A stretch of 49,664 nt of DNA from Candidatus Kapaibacterium sp. (GTDB taxonomy: Bacteria > Bacteroidota > Ignavibacteria > Kapaibacteriales > Kapaibacteriaceae), in the NCBI GenBank assembly GCA_032117915.1, contig JAULYI010000102.1:1-49664 (forward strand), written 5' to 3'. The notes beneath the pieces are model-generated. The model was not told where the DNA came from. It did no database searches and worked only from the letters and a program-made list of their open reading frames with translations. Positions 25,606-35,815 of the stretch are shown here, in pieces. How positions within the stretch are numbered: the first letter of the stretch is position 1; each line of letters opens with the position of its first letter. Position numbers and translations under genes: made by a program.

Positions 25606-28600
25606 ATGTTGAGTGCAATGTGTGATTCCTGCAAGTGCCTCCTGTTGTTCGTACTCCTTGGTTGCGTTTTTCCACGAATGGAAGCGCAAACGAAGCGTAC
25701 GGATGGAAGTCAACGCCATAGCGTCCACCATCCTCGACTGCCGTCAGTTCCGCGGCCCTTTACCTACGGTGCAGTCAATGCTGACACAATGCCGGCGATT
25801 TCCACAGGATACTACATCGTCGATTCAGACGACGATTATCAAGTTGGCAAAAGACCCTCGCCAAGCGCCTATGTCGATACGTTGATAGAGCCCGGAACAT
25901 GGAAGCGAGTCGTCTCTGGTCCACATCAAATGCCGACATCATTCTGGAGTGATCCCCAAAGGAACAACTATGGAGGCCAGGCATACTTGCGGAATCCTGG
26001 CGACATGGCTGATTCCACAGACAATGCGTTTGCAGGTCCCATTGCCATCGGTTTTCCGTTCTACATGAACGGTATCCGCTATGATTCGTTCTATGTATCG
26101 ACAAACGGACTGGTCGCTCTAAGTAATCGACGTTACCACTATCAAACGGACCCATTCGGGTGGCCCCTCCAAAGGGACGTTCAGCGGAATGCTGGCTCGA
26201 TCCTGTCCGTGTATGATGACCAGAGTCATGACCCGCGACCACGGTCGGCGCAAGAGCGCGATACGTCTGATCCGATCGCTGACGACTGGGGCTTTCACTT
26301 CGTTGCCTGCGGTGGAGAGCCGCAGCACCCGCGTGGAGGTATCCGCTCACCGAAAAACGTCACGCTTTCCGATAGTGCATTGCAGGCGCACTGGTCCGGA
26401 GTTCCAGGTTCAATTCCTGGGCGTCCTGCGCTGATCGCCGCCTGCTGGGATGACTGGCAGATCTCTGTGTTCGACTCCGCAAGAGGCGTGCGCGACGACT
26501 ACGGACGGATCTACTACAAACGATCGCCGGCTGGAGACAAGCTTGTGATCGCACTGTTCAACCTGACGCCGGTTGGACCAAAGGTTGCACGGCAGGGACC
26601 ATTGATGTACAGTACGTCGTTCAGAAAGGACAATCGGCCCGGACAGGACGGCCACTATAGCGTGAACGTACAGGTGCATCTTAACCGTAGAGATAGTTCT
26701 ATCACGATCTACTTCGGAGATATGGTCGGAACGGTAAGGGGCACAAATGGCCCCATCGCCGCTGCAGAGTGGGTCCGCAGTAACGCCACGATCGGCGTGT
26801 ACGGACAGGCCAGACGCAAGCAAAGCAGGGATGACACGACTTCCTTGACCCATGCCAGTCCCACCTATGAACAGAGCACAGAATACCTCTACAATGACCA
26901 GACAGACTCGCTCGGAAGCGTCCGAGTAGGCGCGTCGTACAACGAGTCATCCAGAACGCCGCATGCGTATCTGGGCATCGCCATGAAGCAGTGGCGGAAC
27001 CGGTTTCGGGTTGTGTCTACATCGTACAATGTGTTAGAGCGAAGCAGGGACAGCAGTCTGTCGTTCAGTCGCCATATCCCTCCTGATAGCTGTGATGGCT
27101 TCGAAATGCTGTCAGGTGACAATCGGCTTGATGGCGTTGTCCCCGTGGTAGTTGTCCAAACACTTGCGAATGACATCCAGGGCAAGCGCGGCGTCAATGT
27201 CTCCAGGTCAGACGAGCCGTTTCGCGTGCGAGTGCGCTTTGTGCACCAGGATGGCAGAATCAGGTATAACGCTAGTAGGATTGTTACACGCCAGATGTTT
27301 GTTGATCAGACCAGTGGTGTTCAGCTGTGCGATGCGCAAGGGAACATCATTCCCGTCGATACTTCATGGGCCGGCCTTACGCCGTACGACCACGTACGCG
27401 TAACATTCCAGCCGTTTGTCTGGGTTGCCGCACCGGACGGTGAAGTAGGTTCGTTTACCATGCAGGCTGCAATCGATGCGCGTGATACGGTTGGACTTCC
27501 GATTGGCGAGGACTGGCCGCTTGATGATACGCTGAAAAACTCGGTTGTTCGTGTTGCGCGGTGGTATTCACGCGGTAGGGAAGCAGCATTCGCCGATGGA
27601 TTCTCGGCATTTGTTCTTTCGAACGAAGCGCTATCACCCGTCATCCATCGGTGGGTCGGCAGAGGTGTCGACGTCGTTGACGGCATGGAGATGACGATCA
27701 GGCCCCAGGAACCTACCGGCGAGGCCCGTGCAGAGAACGACCAACGCTATGTGCTACGAGCACCGGTGCTGCGCCTAGACAGGCTGGATCGACATGGACG
27801 TGAGATCCCACTTCCCGGGTCGTACGGTGGTGATGAATTGCGTTCGGTGCCAATCGACATCAGTCGTGCCGGCAAGGCAGCCCTTTCGTTCAGCTATCAG
27901 CGGACAGGACGGATCATGTCGCGTGACCGCGGCTTTGCGGACCGTCTGCTGGTTGGACCGGAGCACCGCATCGTTGCCCGTGACGTTACGCAGACAGAGC
28001 CATTTGAACGGAAGCCCGACGAGCTGATCGTGGAGTTCGCCAGGCCCTCCGACGACGGTATAAACGGCATCACAAATATCACGGACTGGCGTTTCGACCC
28101 CGCAGGGTTGGACTCACTGTTCACGCCGGCCTATCGCATCTTTGGTGGCGGTGGCTATGTGCGCGGATTTGATAGCACGCAGTACAACCGCCAGCTCGAC
28201 CGTACGGCCGCTCCCGAAACCGGCGGTCTGCATCCGGATCTAGGCGATGACGGCAAGGATGAGGAATGGCATCGCGTGTACATTCCGGTTCCGGATACGA
28301 TACTGCGATGGAGGAATGACGGTAATCGTGCCTTCAGATTCCGACTACGCGCGTCATGCCTTCAAAACGCAGCAACCGTAGATGTGGAGGATGATAATGA
28401 CCCGTTCTATGTTGACAATGTCGCGCTACTGACAGATGCAAATGGCGAAGCTGACCTGCACGTGATGGACGTGCAATTGCACTGGCCATATACCATGACG
28501 CCGCAGCGCCAGCTAGTGCGTGTACCCGTTTCGGTGAGACTCGCCAATAATGCTCCTGTCGTCGCTCGGAATGCTCGTGTTAGTGTGACGATCCGTGACC

Positions 28601-30027
28601 GTATAGATACAACGGTGGTCGTATACCGGCACACGTTGACCCTCGATTCCGTAGTCGCCGGCGAATGCCGACGTCATGCACTGCCCCCTGTTGATCTGTC
28701 GCTATACAATGCCACAGAGTGGGAGCTCATGGCAACGGTGAGGGCTGATACGCCTGATCAGGTGCCGTTCAATGACACTGTGCGGAGCTGGCGTCGAATG
28801 GTAACTGGCCCTGTGTTTGCCTATGAGCAGGTTCCGGAAGCTGCGTGGAGTGACGTTCCAATGTTCGCAGATGCGGTTGGTAAGGGGCTCTGCGCACCGC
28901 ACCTCCGTGCGACGGCCGACGAGCGGACGTTCTGGTATGCCGGTCAGGGGACGATGCCGGTGCAGTATGAACCGTATACGGACTGGCGCTGGGGACTGCC
29001 GGAGGCGATCCCAGATGCGTCGCGCTTTGGTGACGATGCCAAAGGCGACACGGTGGCCGTAGCAATGCAGTTCTCTCTCATGCAGCCAGATACACTCCGT
29101 GGCTATCAGGCCTGGTGGGGAGGATGGCAGTCGACAGGATTTGCCCGGTACGCGTTGTACAAGGACATCGGCGGACGTCTTGCAGACACTCCACTGTTGG
29201 CTACCACGGCCGTGCGGCCCAGAGGTGCCAATGATCTGTCGGCAACGAACGACCCGGTATTTAACGCCTATTCGACCGTACTCCTTGATAAGGCCGTTGT
29301 ACTTGACAGTGGAACATACTGGTTGTCGGTCGCACAGCTTGGTCAGGATGGCTTCCATCTTGGTGCATCGGCTTCGCGAAGTGCTGCGGTCGTCACGGCA
29401 CTGTCGGATCGGCCGGGTCAAGGTGTTTCGGCAACGAATGTGTGGATTGATCATGAACTGAGCACGCGTTCGGAGTTCGGCCGGCAGGAGCATAGTTCGC
29501 GGTTTGCCGTCCGAGATGCTGAGGGCTTATGGCACATGACGATGCCGCGTGACGGGCATGTACCATATCCACATCACAACGCCACGGGTAGTATCGGATA
29601 TGTGATGACGTGGACCCAGGGTGGCTGGATCCCATTGCTACGACCATACTTCGAACGCCGACCCACCCCGATTGTCAGCAGCGTTGGCAGGTCTGATGCA
29701 TCAGGGATGTCGGATGACCATAACGGTCAGGTTGCCGAGCCGGTGTCAGAGGCCGTGCATCAGGCATTCGACATGCTTCAATGTGTTCCAAACCCGACGC
29801 AGGGCGCCGTTGTCGTTCGATACCCGGGACGTATCCATAGCATACGCATCATGGATATGCAGGGGAACATTCTACGGGAGATCGCAGCTGCAGAACCTGT
29901 AGAAACAGCCGAAGGCCACTGGGATGGCCGTGATGGACGCGGACGAATCGTGCCTTCGGGAAGGTATCTGGTTGCGGCCGATGGCTCGCATGGCGTGGTC
30001 TCTGTCGTCGTTACCGTGATTCGTTGA
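25606..30027 (+). CDS. Giant secreted protein B (~1473 aa), paralogue of A, with T9SS C-terminal sorting domain; function unknown
   Basis: Collinear with A: GFPFYMNGIRYDSFYVSTNGLVAL, PALIAACWDDW, YGGDELRSVPIDI, FGGGGYVRGFD and AFRFRLRA...DPFYVDNVALL. Start taken at ATG 25606 (MLSAMCDSCKCLLLFVLLGCVFPRMEAQ, signal-peptide-like), because the ORF-track start at 25519 would translate the terminator hairpin. The C-terminus CVPNPTQGAVVVRY...SGRYLVAADG...VVTVIR is a T9SS sorting domain. Confidence 0.88.
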   Translation: MLSAMCDSCKCLLLFVLLGCVFPRMEAQTKRTDGSQRHSVHHPRLPSVPRPFTYGAVNADTMPAISTGYYIVDSDDDYQVGKRPSPSAYVDTLIEPGTWKRVVSGPHQMPTSFWSDPQRNNYGGQAYLRNPGDMADSTDNAFAGPIAIGFPFYMNGIRYDSFYVSTNGLVALSNRRYHYQTDPFGWPLQRDVQRNAGSILSVYDDQSHDPRPRSAQERDTSDPIADDWGFHFVACGGEPQHPRGGIRSPKNVTLSDSALQAHWSGVPGSIPGRPALIAACWDDWQISVFDSARGVRDDYGRIYYKRSPAGDKLVIALFNLTPVGPKVARQGPLMYSTSFRKDNRPGQDGHYSVNVQVHLNRRDSSITIYFGDMVGTVRGTNGPIAAAEWVRSNATIGVYGQARRKQSRDDTTSLTHASPTYEQSTEYLYNDQTDSLGSVRVGASYNESSRTPHAYLGIAMKQWRNRFRVVSTSYNVLERSRDSSLSFSRHIPPDSCDGFEMLSGDNRLDGVVPVVVVQTLANDIQGKRGVNVSRSDEPFRVRVRFVHQDGRIRYNASRIVTRQMFVDQTSGVQLCDAQGNIIPVDTSWAGLTPYDHVRVTFQPFVWVAAPDGEVGSFTMQAAIDARDTVGLPIGEDWPLDDTLKNSVVRVARWYSRGREAAFADGFSAFVLSNEALSPVIHRWVGRGVDVVDGMEMTIRPQEPTGEARAENDQRYVLRAPVLRLDRLDRHGREIPLPGSYGGDELRSVPIDISRAGKAALSFSYQRTGRIMSRDRGFADRLLVGPEHRIVARDVTQTEPFERKPDELIVEFARPSDDGINGITNITDWRFDPAGLDSLFTPAYRIFGGGGYVRGFDSTQYNRQLDRTAAPETGGLHPDLGDDGKDEEWHRVYIPVPDTILRWRNDGNRAFRFRLRASCLQNAATVDVEDDNDPFYVDNVALLTDANGEADLHVMDVQLHWPYTMTPQRQLVRVPVSVRLANNAPVVARNARVSVTIRDRIDTTVVVYRHTLTLDSVVAGECRRHALPPVDLSLYNATEWELMATVRADTPDQVPFNDTVRSWRRMVTGPVFAYEQVPEAAWSDVPMFADAVGKGLCAPHLRATADERTFWYAGQGTMPVQYEPYTDWRWGLPEAIPDASRFGDDAKGDTVAVAMQFSLMQPDTLRGYQAWWGGWQSTGFARYALYKDIGGRLADTPLLATTAVRPRGANDLSATNDPVFNAYSTVLLDKAVVLDSGTYWLSVAQLGQDGFHLGASASRSAAVVTALSDRPGQGVSATNVWIDHELSTRSEFGRQEHSSRFAVRDAEGLWHMTMPRDGHVPYPHHNATGSIGYVMTWTQGGWIPLLRPYFERRPTPIVSSVGRSDASGMSDDHNGQVAEPVSEAVHQAFDMLQCVPNPTQGAVVVRYPGRIHSIRIMDMQGNILREIAAAEPVETAEGHWDGRDGRGRIVPSGRYLVAADGSHGVVSVVVTVIR

Positions 30028-30065
30028 CGGACACAGTAACGGTCCGTTCGTACATTTGATACGCT

Positions 30066-31034
30066 ATGGCAACATCAACACATGTAAAGACTGTCGCTCA
30101 GGATGCCCTCAGACATCAAATCGAGAGTCTTTTGCGCATGGTCGATCAGCTCGACCAACGCTATGTTCATGCCGTCGAGCTGCTCAGAGCAGCTGATCAC
30201 GTCGTCACGGCAGGCCTGGGCAAGTCCGGCATCATAGCTCAGAAATTCGCCGCAACACTGGCCAGTGTGTGCGTATCCGCCCGATCACTGCATCCCGTTG
30301 ACGCCCTGCATGGCGACGCCGGTGTGGTAGGAGAGAACGACGTTGTCGTCGTGATCAGTAAAAGCGGTGAGACAATAGAGGTGCTTAGGTTCGTCGATGT
30401 CATGCGCGGACTTGGTTGTCGTGTGATCTGCATCACAAGTCAGCCGGACAGCAGGCTCGCCACCATGTCGGACGTGGCACTCATTGTGCCTGTAACGCAT
30501 GAAATGGACGAGCACGACATCCTACCGACGACAAGTACGACATCGTCGCTTGTCATGGCAGATCTGCTGGCCGTTGGCGTCCTGTCAGTCGATCCCGATC
30601 CGTTGCGCCGCCTTCGGCGGTCCCACCCGGATGGGATGATCGGCGGGACACTCCTTCGGTCCGTTGCAGACGTCATGCATACGGGAGACGCCATACCAGT
30701 TGTAGCACCATCAACGTCCATGCTGGATGCACTCGTAGCGATGACGTCGAAGGCCCTAGGTATCGTCTGCGTCGTTGCGGACGAACGCTTGGCAGGCATC
30801 ATGACGGACGGTGATGTTCGTAGGCTTGTTGCCCAGGGCAGAGATCTATCGACCGTGTCCATCGTTGAGGTGATGACGACATTACCCGTGACCATTGCCC
30901 CCTCTGCATCACTGCATGAGGCCCTTGCGGTCATGGAGCAACGTGATCGTCAGATCGGCGTATTGCCAGTTGTTGACCAACAGCACTGTGTTGGTATCGT
31001 GCGCCTGCACGACATTGTGCGTCTGCAGATGTAG
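30066..31034 (+). CDS. kdsD: Arabinose-5-phosphate isomerase (KpsF/GutQ family; SIS domain + 2 CBS domains)
   Basis: Motifs GLGKSGIIAQKFAATLAS and VVISKSGET (SIS domain), then paired CBS modules (GIVCVVADERLAGIMTDGDVRR; GVLPVVDQQHCVGIVRLHDI). Confidence 0.88.
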   Translation: MATSTHVKTVAQDALRHQIESLLRMVDQLDQRYVHAVELLRAADHVVTAGLGKSGIIAQKFAATLASVCVSARSLHPVDALHGDAGVVGENDVVVVISKSGETIEVLRFVDVMRGLGCRVICITSQPDSRLATMSDVALIVPVTHEMDEHDILPTTSTTSSLVMADLLAVGVLSVDPDPLRRLRRSHPDGMIGGTLLRSVADVMHTGDAIPVVAPSTSMLDALVAMTSKALGIVCVVADERLAGIMTDGDVRRLVAQGRDLSTVSIVEVMTTLPVTIAPSASLHEALAVMEQRDRQIGVLPVVDQQHCVGIVRLHDIVRLQM

Positions 31035-31070
31035 GGCAAGGGAAGCAGGAACAGAAGCCTCTCATTGACC

Positions 31071-32006
31071 CTATCGCGGTGCCACCGGTGTGATCGCTTT
31101 TGGGGGCTGCTGCTGTCGGCGTTCTGCCGGTTTTGACGATGTATTCTGCTGCGCCGGTTGCTGAGTCGGCGTAGGAGGTGGTTCTTGCCATGCCGTTGAC
31201 GGTGTTACGATCGTGGTGCGAGTGACCACCACTTTTCGTACGCTTTGCTTTGGTGCAGCAAATGGATCCAGCCGTTGCTCATTGCGATAGAACACCACGC
31301 CACCGGCATTACCCATCGAGATCTCGAATCGCTCCATTGCGCGCCACTGGGCCGTCGTGCCCGGAAGAAGAATGGCCTGATACGATATCTTACCGTCTGC
31401 CGTGATGTTGATCCATGCGGAGTCCTGGACCTCTGCGCGAAGGATCATACTGTCCTGTACCGCAGCTGTAGATTCAACATCAACCACTGTTGACGGTCCG
31501 CTGCCCGTTGTCTCGTCGCTCTCGTCTCCACTAACGATCAGCGCAACGATGATCATTGTCAGCAGTGTCCCAACGGCCGCCCACATCCAGAGCGGTAGTG
31601 TCCGCATCAGGTCGATGATACTTCTGTCAAGCTTGATACCGAGCGAGCGCCGCTCGGTTGAGGGACGAGACTGGATAAGTGGGGCACTATCTGACGATGG
31701 TCTGCGTTCCTGCCGTGTATCAGCACGGGACGTCTGCTGACGTCGTGGAGCTGATGGAGCATCATCATGGTCATCGCGATAGAGAGCATCTTCGAGCATT
31801 GCCGTGACCTGTGCGTCCGGAATACCCAGAGCAGCAGCATAGGTCTTGACAAATGAGCGAACATACACCTGCGGCAATACCTCAAAGTCTCCCCGCTCGA
31901 TCGCGGCGAGAAACGGCTCGCGTATCTTCGTCTGGTCCGATAGGTCGCGAAGCGTACGGCGTTGTCGCTCTCGCTCGGCTCGCAGGCGTTCAGACAGTTG
32001 GTGCAT
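31071..32006 (-). CDS. rodZ: RodZ-like cytoskeleton/HTH membrane protein
   Basis: N-terminal XRE-type HTH (LSERLRAERERQRRTLRDLSDQTKIREPFLAAIERGDFEVLP...YVRSFVKTYAAALG), a single TM segment (LWMWAAVGTLLTMIIVALIV) and a DUF4115-like C-terminus (AWINITADGKISYQAILLPG...FEISMGNAGGVVFY). Start at ATG 32006. Confidence 0.8.
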   Translation of the reverse strand: MHQLSERLRAERERQRRTLRDLSDQTKIREPFLAAIERGDFEVLPQVYVRSFVKTYAAALGIPDAQVTAMLEDALYRDDHDDAPSAPRRQQTSRADTRQERRPSSDSAPLIQSRPSTERRSLGIKLDRSIIDLMRTLPLWMWAAVGTLLTMIIVALIVSGDESDETTGSGPSTVVDVESTAAVQDSMILRAEVQDSAWINITADGKISYQAILLPGTTAQWRAMERFEISMGNAGGVVFYRNEQRLDPFAAPKQSVRKVVVTRTTIVTPSTAWQEPPPTPTQQPAQQNTSSKPAERRQQQPPKAITPVAPR

Positions 32007-32066
32007 GTGGCAAGAATAGCACTTGTCGCAACAACGCGCAATGAGGAAATAGTAATCTTTGCATCT

Positions 32067-32645
32067 ATGAGCGATCACGTCCGCATCTTCTTCCACGCCT
32101 GCTACGTGGCATTCGCATTCAGCTGTCTGCTCTTTGGTGCCCTGGCCTTTCGGCAGACGCTCGAAAATCTGACAGTCCGCCGTCTGAAAGCAGGCGAGGA
32201 CAGACGTGCATTCTTGTCCGCTCCGTCAGTCCTTGTCATCCTTGGTCTGCTGGTCGCTAATGCAATTGTTGCTCTGTTTTGCTATCAGGTCGAGGAGCCA
32301 ACGGTCTATGCCTACGCGCTTCCACTTGTGATCTTCGTCCAGAACCTCCAGCTGACGCTGCGAACGTTCTTCCAGCGGACCGTTGCCAAAACAAAGGCCT
32401 TGGTCGTCCGATCGACGCTGCTTGAGCGTGTGCGTGTGGCCGGTTATGGCGAGATCATCAGCATTACCTTCACATATGATCTCCTGTGGGTGACCGTCAC
32501 CATCGACGTTCTCCCCGATGAGCGCATCTCGTTTCGTATTTTTCGGGGGTCAGCGCCTGCTCTTGCACGCATTCTGCTGACGTCCTGCGTCTGTCCCATC
32601 CGCACAGTGGGCAGGGGCGTCGACACGCATACACTCCAATCTTGA
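32067..32645 (+). CDS. Hypothetical membrane protein (2-3 TM segments + small C-terminal domain)
   Basis: This is the only long ORF in the 580-nt gap between rodZ and the AtuA-like gene. TM-like stretches are [41 protein letters not shown] and [13 protein letters not shown] recognise no family. Confidence 0.45.
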   Translation: MSDHVRIFFHACYVAFAFSCLLFGALAFRQTLENLTVRRLKAGEDRRAFLSAPSVLVILGLLVANAIVALFCYQVEEPTVYAYALPLVIFVQNLQLTLRTFFQRTVAKTKALVVRSTLLERVRVAGYGEIISITFTYDLLWVTVTIDVLPDERISFRIFRGSAPALARILLTSCVCPIRTVGRGVDTHTLQS

Positions 32646-32653
32646 ATGACACC

Positions 32654-34012
32654 ATGAAGTCAAGCATCCGTATCGCCTCCGGACAAGGTTTCTGGGGCGA
32701 CCTGCCCAGCGCTCCGCTCAGCCAGGTATCCCGTGGCGGCATCGACTATCTGATGCTCGACTACCTTGCAGAGGTCACAATGTCTATCCTGCAAAAGCAG
32801 AAGATGCGTGACCCCAACCTCGGATATGCCAAAGACCTGATCGACGTTTGTGATGAGATACTCCCGCACATCGTGAAGCATGGTATAACGGTCATCACCA
32901 ATGGGGGCGGTGTGAACCCAGAGGCAGCGCGTGACCGCATTTTCGAGGTTGCTCGCAAGCAGGGTATCACGGGGTTGAAGATCGGCGTGGTGCTGGGTGA
33001 CAACATTCTGCCGCGGATCGACGAGTTGATCGCCGACGGACATCAAATGCGTCACATGGAGACCGGTGAGCCGATGGCCGAGGTCCGTGACCGTCTGCTC
33101 TCCGCTAATGTCTATACCGGTGCGTGGCCAGTCGTGGAGGCTCTTCGCCAGGGTGCACAGATCGTTATCACGGGTCGTACCACAGATACTGGCCTTACCC
33201 TTGCCCCCATGATCCACGAGTTTGGTTGGGCTGTGGATGACTGGGATAAGATGGCCGCGGGGACCGTGGCCGGTCATATCAACGAATGCGGCGCTCAGGC
33301 CTCGGGCGGAAATTTCCTCGGTGACTGGCGCTCCGTACCCGATCTGACGGATGTCGGATTCCCGATCATTGAGGCCTATCCCGACGGTTCGTTCGTCGTG
33401 ACCAAGCATGACGGAACCGGGGGGATGGTCACGCGCGAAACGGTCAGCGAACAGCTGTTATATGAGATCGGTGACCCTGCGGAGTATATCACACCCGACT
33501 GCGTGGCCGACTTTACGAGTATCCAGCTCGAAGATCTCGGCAACGATCGTGTTCGGGTCTTTGGCATCAAAGGCCGTCCTGCTACACCGTTTTACAAGGT
33601 CTCGGCAAGCTACCTTGACGGATTTGTTGCGTTCTCTACGCTTACGTATTCGGCCCCTGAAGCACTCGATAAGGCAAAGGCCGCCGATAGGATCCTGCGT
33701 GGGAGGTTAGATCGACTTGGTCTGCAGTTCGATGAGATCCGTACGGAGTTCGTCGGGATGAACGCCTGCCACGGCGCTCTGGCAAGGGCGATAGAACCGA
33801 ACGAGGTGATGATGCGCGTAGGTGTCCGCGGACATGACCGCAAGGCCATTGAACGATTCGGTAAAGAGATTGCTCCACTCATCCTGACAGGGCCTCCGTC
33901 GGTGACCGGCTTCAGTGGTGGCCGCCCCAAGCCTAGCGATGTTGTTGCATACTTCCCGGCACTGCTGGACAAAACCGTCCTTACTATGCATGCCGTCGTT
34001 GATGCCTGCTAA
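32654..34012 (+). CDS. AtuA-like protein (DUF1446, acyclic terpene utilisation family)
   Basis: The N-terminus [42 protein letters not shown], then [14 protein letters not shown] and [14 protein letters not shown], match my memory of the AtuA/DUF1446 family. Start at ATG 32654; the ORF track uses TTG 32642. Confidence 0.75.
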   Translation: MKSSIRIASGQGFWGDLPSAPLSQVSRGGIDYLMLDYLAEVTMSILQKQKMRDPNLGYAKDLIDVCDEILPHIVKHGITVITNGGGVNPEAARDRIFEVARKQGITGLKIGVVLGDNILPRIDELIADGHQMRHMETGEPMAEVRDRLLSANVYTGAWPVVEALRQGAQIVITGRTTDTGLTLAPMIHEFGWAVDDWDKMAAGTVAGHINECGAQASGGNFLGDWRSVPDLTDVGFPIIEAYPDGSFVVTKHDGTGGMVTRETVSEQLLYEIGDPAEYITPDCVADFTSIQLEDLGNDRVRVFGIKGRPATPFYKVSASYLDGFVAFSTLTYSAPEALDKAKAADRILRGRLDRLGLQFDEIRTEFVGMNACHGALARAIEPNEVMMRVGVRGHDRKAIERFGKEIAPLILTGPPSVTGFSGGRPKPSDVVAYFPALLDKTVLTMHAVVDAC

Positions 34013-35009
34013 GTCACTCATTCTAGCCTTCATGTTGGCATGTCACGTGGCCAGAGCCTTCGGTGGTGTCTCAGACACGCCGATCGATACCACGATCTTC
34101 ATGCCGCGCAGTGCGTTTACCATCGCCGGCGATCCGCGCTATACACCTACCGGTGCCACGCCTCGGTGGGAGACAGATGTGCAGGCGGTTCCTACGATCG
34201 CCCTGGGCAGTACCTATGCCGCATTGGCCATCGGTCTGCATATCAATCAGGCGAATGCGTGGTGGAAGGACGATCGTGGACCGTTCAACTTCGAAGAGGA
34301 CTGGCCGTACGCACTACAGGTCGATAAGCTGGGGCACATCTTTGCCGGACACTTCATGTCGACCTTCATCGGTGATCTGCTGATGGATTGTGGATTCAAG
34401 GAAGAGACAGCTACGATCATGGGCGGTGCCCTTGGACTCGCGTATCAGACGTACGTAGAGGTCGAGGATGGTTTTGCAACAAAGTGGGGCTTCTCTCCGA
34501 GTGATGGTGTGGCCAACGCCATCGGTGCCGGCTTCTATGTTGCGCAGTATTACGTCCCGTATCTGCAGAACTTCACATGGCGGTGGAGTTATGTGCCGTC
34601 GCGATTCACCGGTGATAACGAGCTCAACGCGCGGCCTACAACGTTCATCGACGACTACACCAGCACGACCTTCTGGCTGGCCATGGACGTCGATCGAATG
34701 CTGCCACGCGATATCGCTGCGTCATGGCCGGACTGGATGATGCTAAGCGTTGGATATGGTATCCGAGATTACGATCATATACCGCAAGGGGCAATGGAAC
34801 CGCTGGAGCCAACGCGTCGATTCATGGTTGGACTTGACTACAACTGGGCACGGATCATCCCCGACTCGGACATTGGCATAGTGAACTACATTCGTCAGCT
34901 TCTGAACCACATGAAGCTCCCCGGCCCCACACTCGAGTTTTCACACTCAGGGACCCGGTTTCATCTGCTCTACCCATTCCGCATTGGTATCGGGGGCATA
35001 CGCTTCTGA
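34002..35009 (+). CDS. Hypothetical secreted/membrane-associated protein (possibly DUF2279-like)
   Basis: ATG 34002 gives a signal-peptide-like [21 protein letters not shown] and overlaps the upstream stop by 11 nt; ATG 34032 is the alternative. Contains [11 protein letters not shown] and [13 protein letters not shown]. The family assignment is tentative. Confidence 0.5.
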   Translation: MPAKSLILAFMLACHVARAFGGVSDTPIDTTIFMPRSAFTIAGDPRYTPTGATPRWETDVQAVPTIALGSTYAALAIGLHINQANAWWKDDRGPFNFEEDWPYALQVDKLGHIFAGHFMSTFIGDLLMDCGFKEETATIMGGALGLAYQTYVEVEDGFATKWGFSPSDGVANAIGAGFYVAQYYVPYLQNFTWRWSYVPSRFTGDNELNARPTTFIDDYTSTTFWLAMDVDRMLPRDIAASWPDWMMLSVGYGIRDYDHIPQGAMEPLEPTRRFMVGLDYNWARIIPDSDIGIVNYIRQLLNHMKLPGPTLEFSHSGTRFHLLYPFRIGIGGIRF

Positions 35010-35044
35010 GTGCAGCATTCGATCAAGGGGCACAGGCTGACATC

Positions 35045-35779
35045 ATGATCAGCATCGTCGTGCCAACGCTCAACGAAGAGAAACTGCTCGAGGCAACCCT
35101 GCGATCGTTTGATGACGATGTTCGGAAACGCTATGCAGCGGAGCTTATCGTGAGTGACGGTGGCAGCACCGATGCTACCATCGAGATCGCCACGAGGTAC
35201 GCAGATCGTGTCGTGACAGATCACGTAGTCCGGCGGCAGAATATCGCGCTTGGACGTAACCTTGGGGCTGCGGCTGCCAAGGGGGCCGTGATCGTCTTCA
35301 TCAATGGTGATACCGTACCGGCGGACGTGGAGCGGTTCATGTCCACCGTCAGCGACTTTGCCTATCGCAGAGGTCGCTATGCACGAGCCTCGGCACTTGC
35401 TACGCCGGTGAACTTTCAGGAGTCTGATCGTCGTGTTGCCGACATGCTGTTTCACGCTGCGTACAACACCTACGTCCGCCTGTTGAATGTCCTGCGCCTT
35501 GGCGTTGGTCGGGGCGAATGCCAGGTCGTTCGAACGGACGTGTTCATGAGCGTGGACGGCTATCGCGAGAACTTGGCGGCAGGGGAGGACTTCGATCTCT
35601 TCGCGCGTATCAGCAGGCGAGCACGCGTGATGTTCGCTCCCGAGCTTCTCGTGCTGGAGTCACCCAGACGGTTCCGCAAGTTTGGGTATTTTCGAGTGCT
35701 TTTCTGGTGGACCATCAACGCACTCTCCGTCATGGTGCGCGGACGATCGTCGTCCGACGAATGGGAGCCAGTACGCTGA
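35045..35779 (+). CDS. Family 2 glycosyltransferase
   Basis: ISIVVPTLNEEKLLEATLRS...LIVSDGGSTDATIEIA and a later GEDFDLF motif are typical of the GT-A/GT2 fold. Confidence 0.8.
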   Translation: MISIVVPTLNEEKLLEATLRSFDDDVRKRYAAELIVSDGGSTDATIEIATRYADRVVTDHVVRRQNIALGRNLGAAAAKGAVIVFINGDTVPADVERFMSTVSDFAYRRGRYARASALATPVNFQESDRRVADMLFHAAYNTYVRLLNVLRLGVGRGECQVVRTDVFMSVDGYRENLAAGEDFDLFARISRRARVMFAPELLVLESPRRFRKFGYFRVLFWWTINALSVMVRGRSSSDEWEPVR

Positions 35780-35815
35780 CCCCACGGTCTTCCTGACCGA
35801 CACTGCACTACCATC

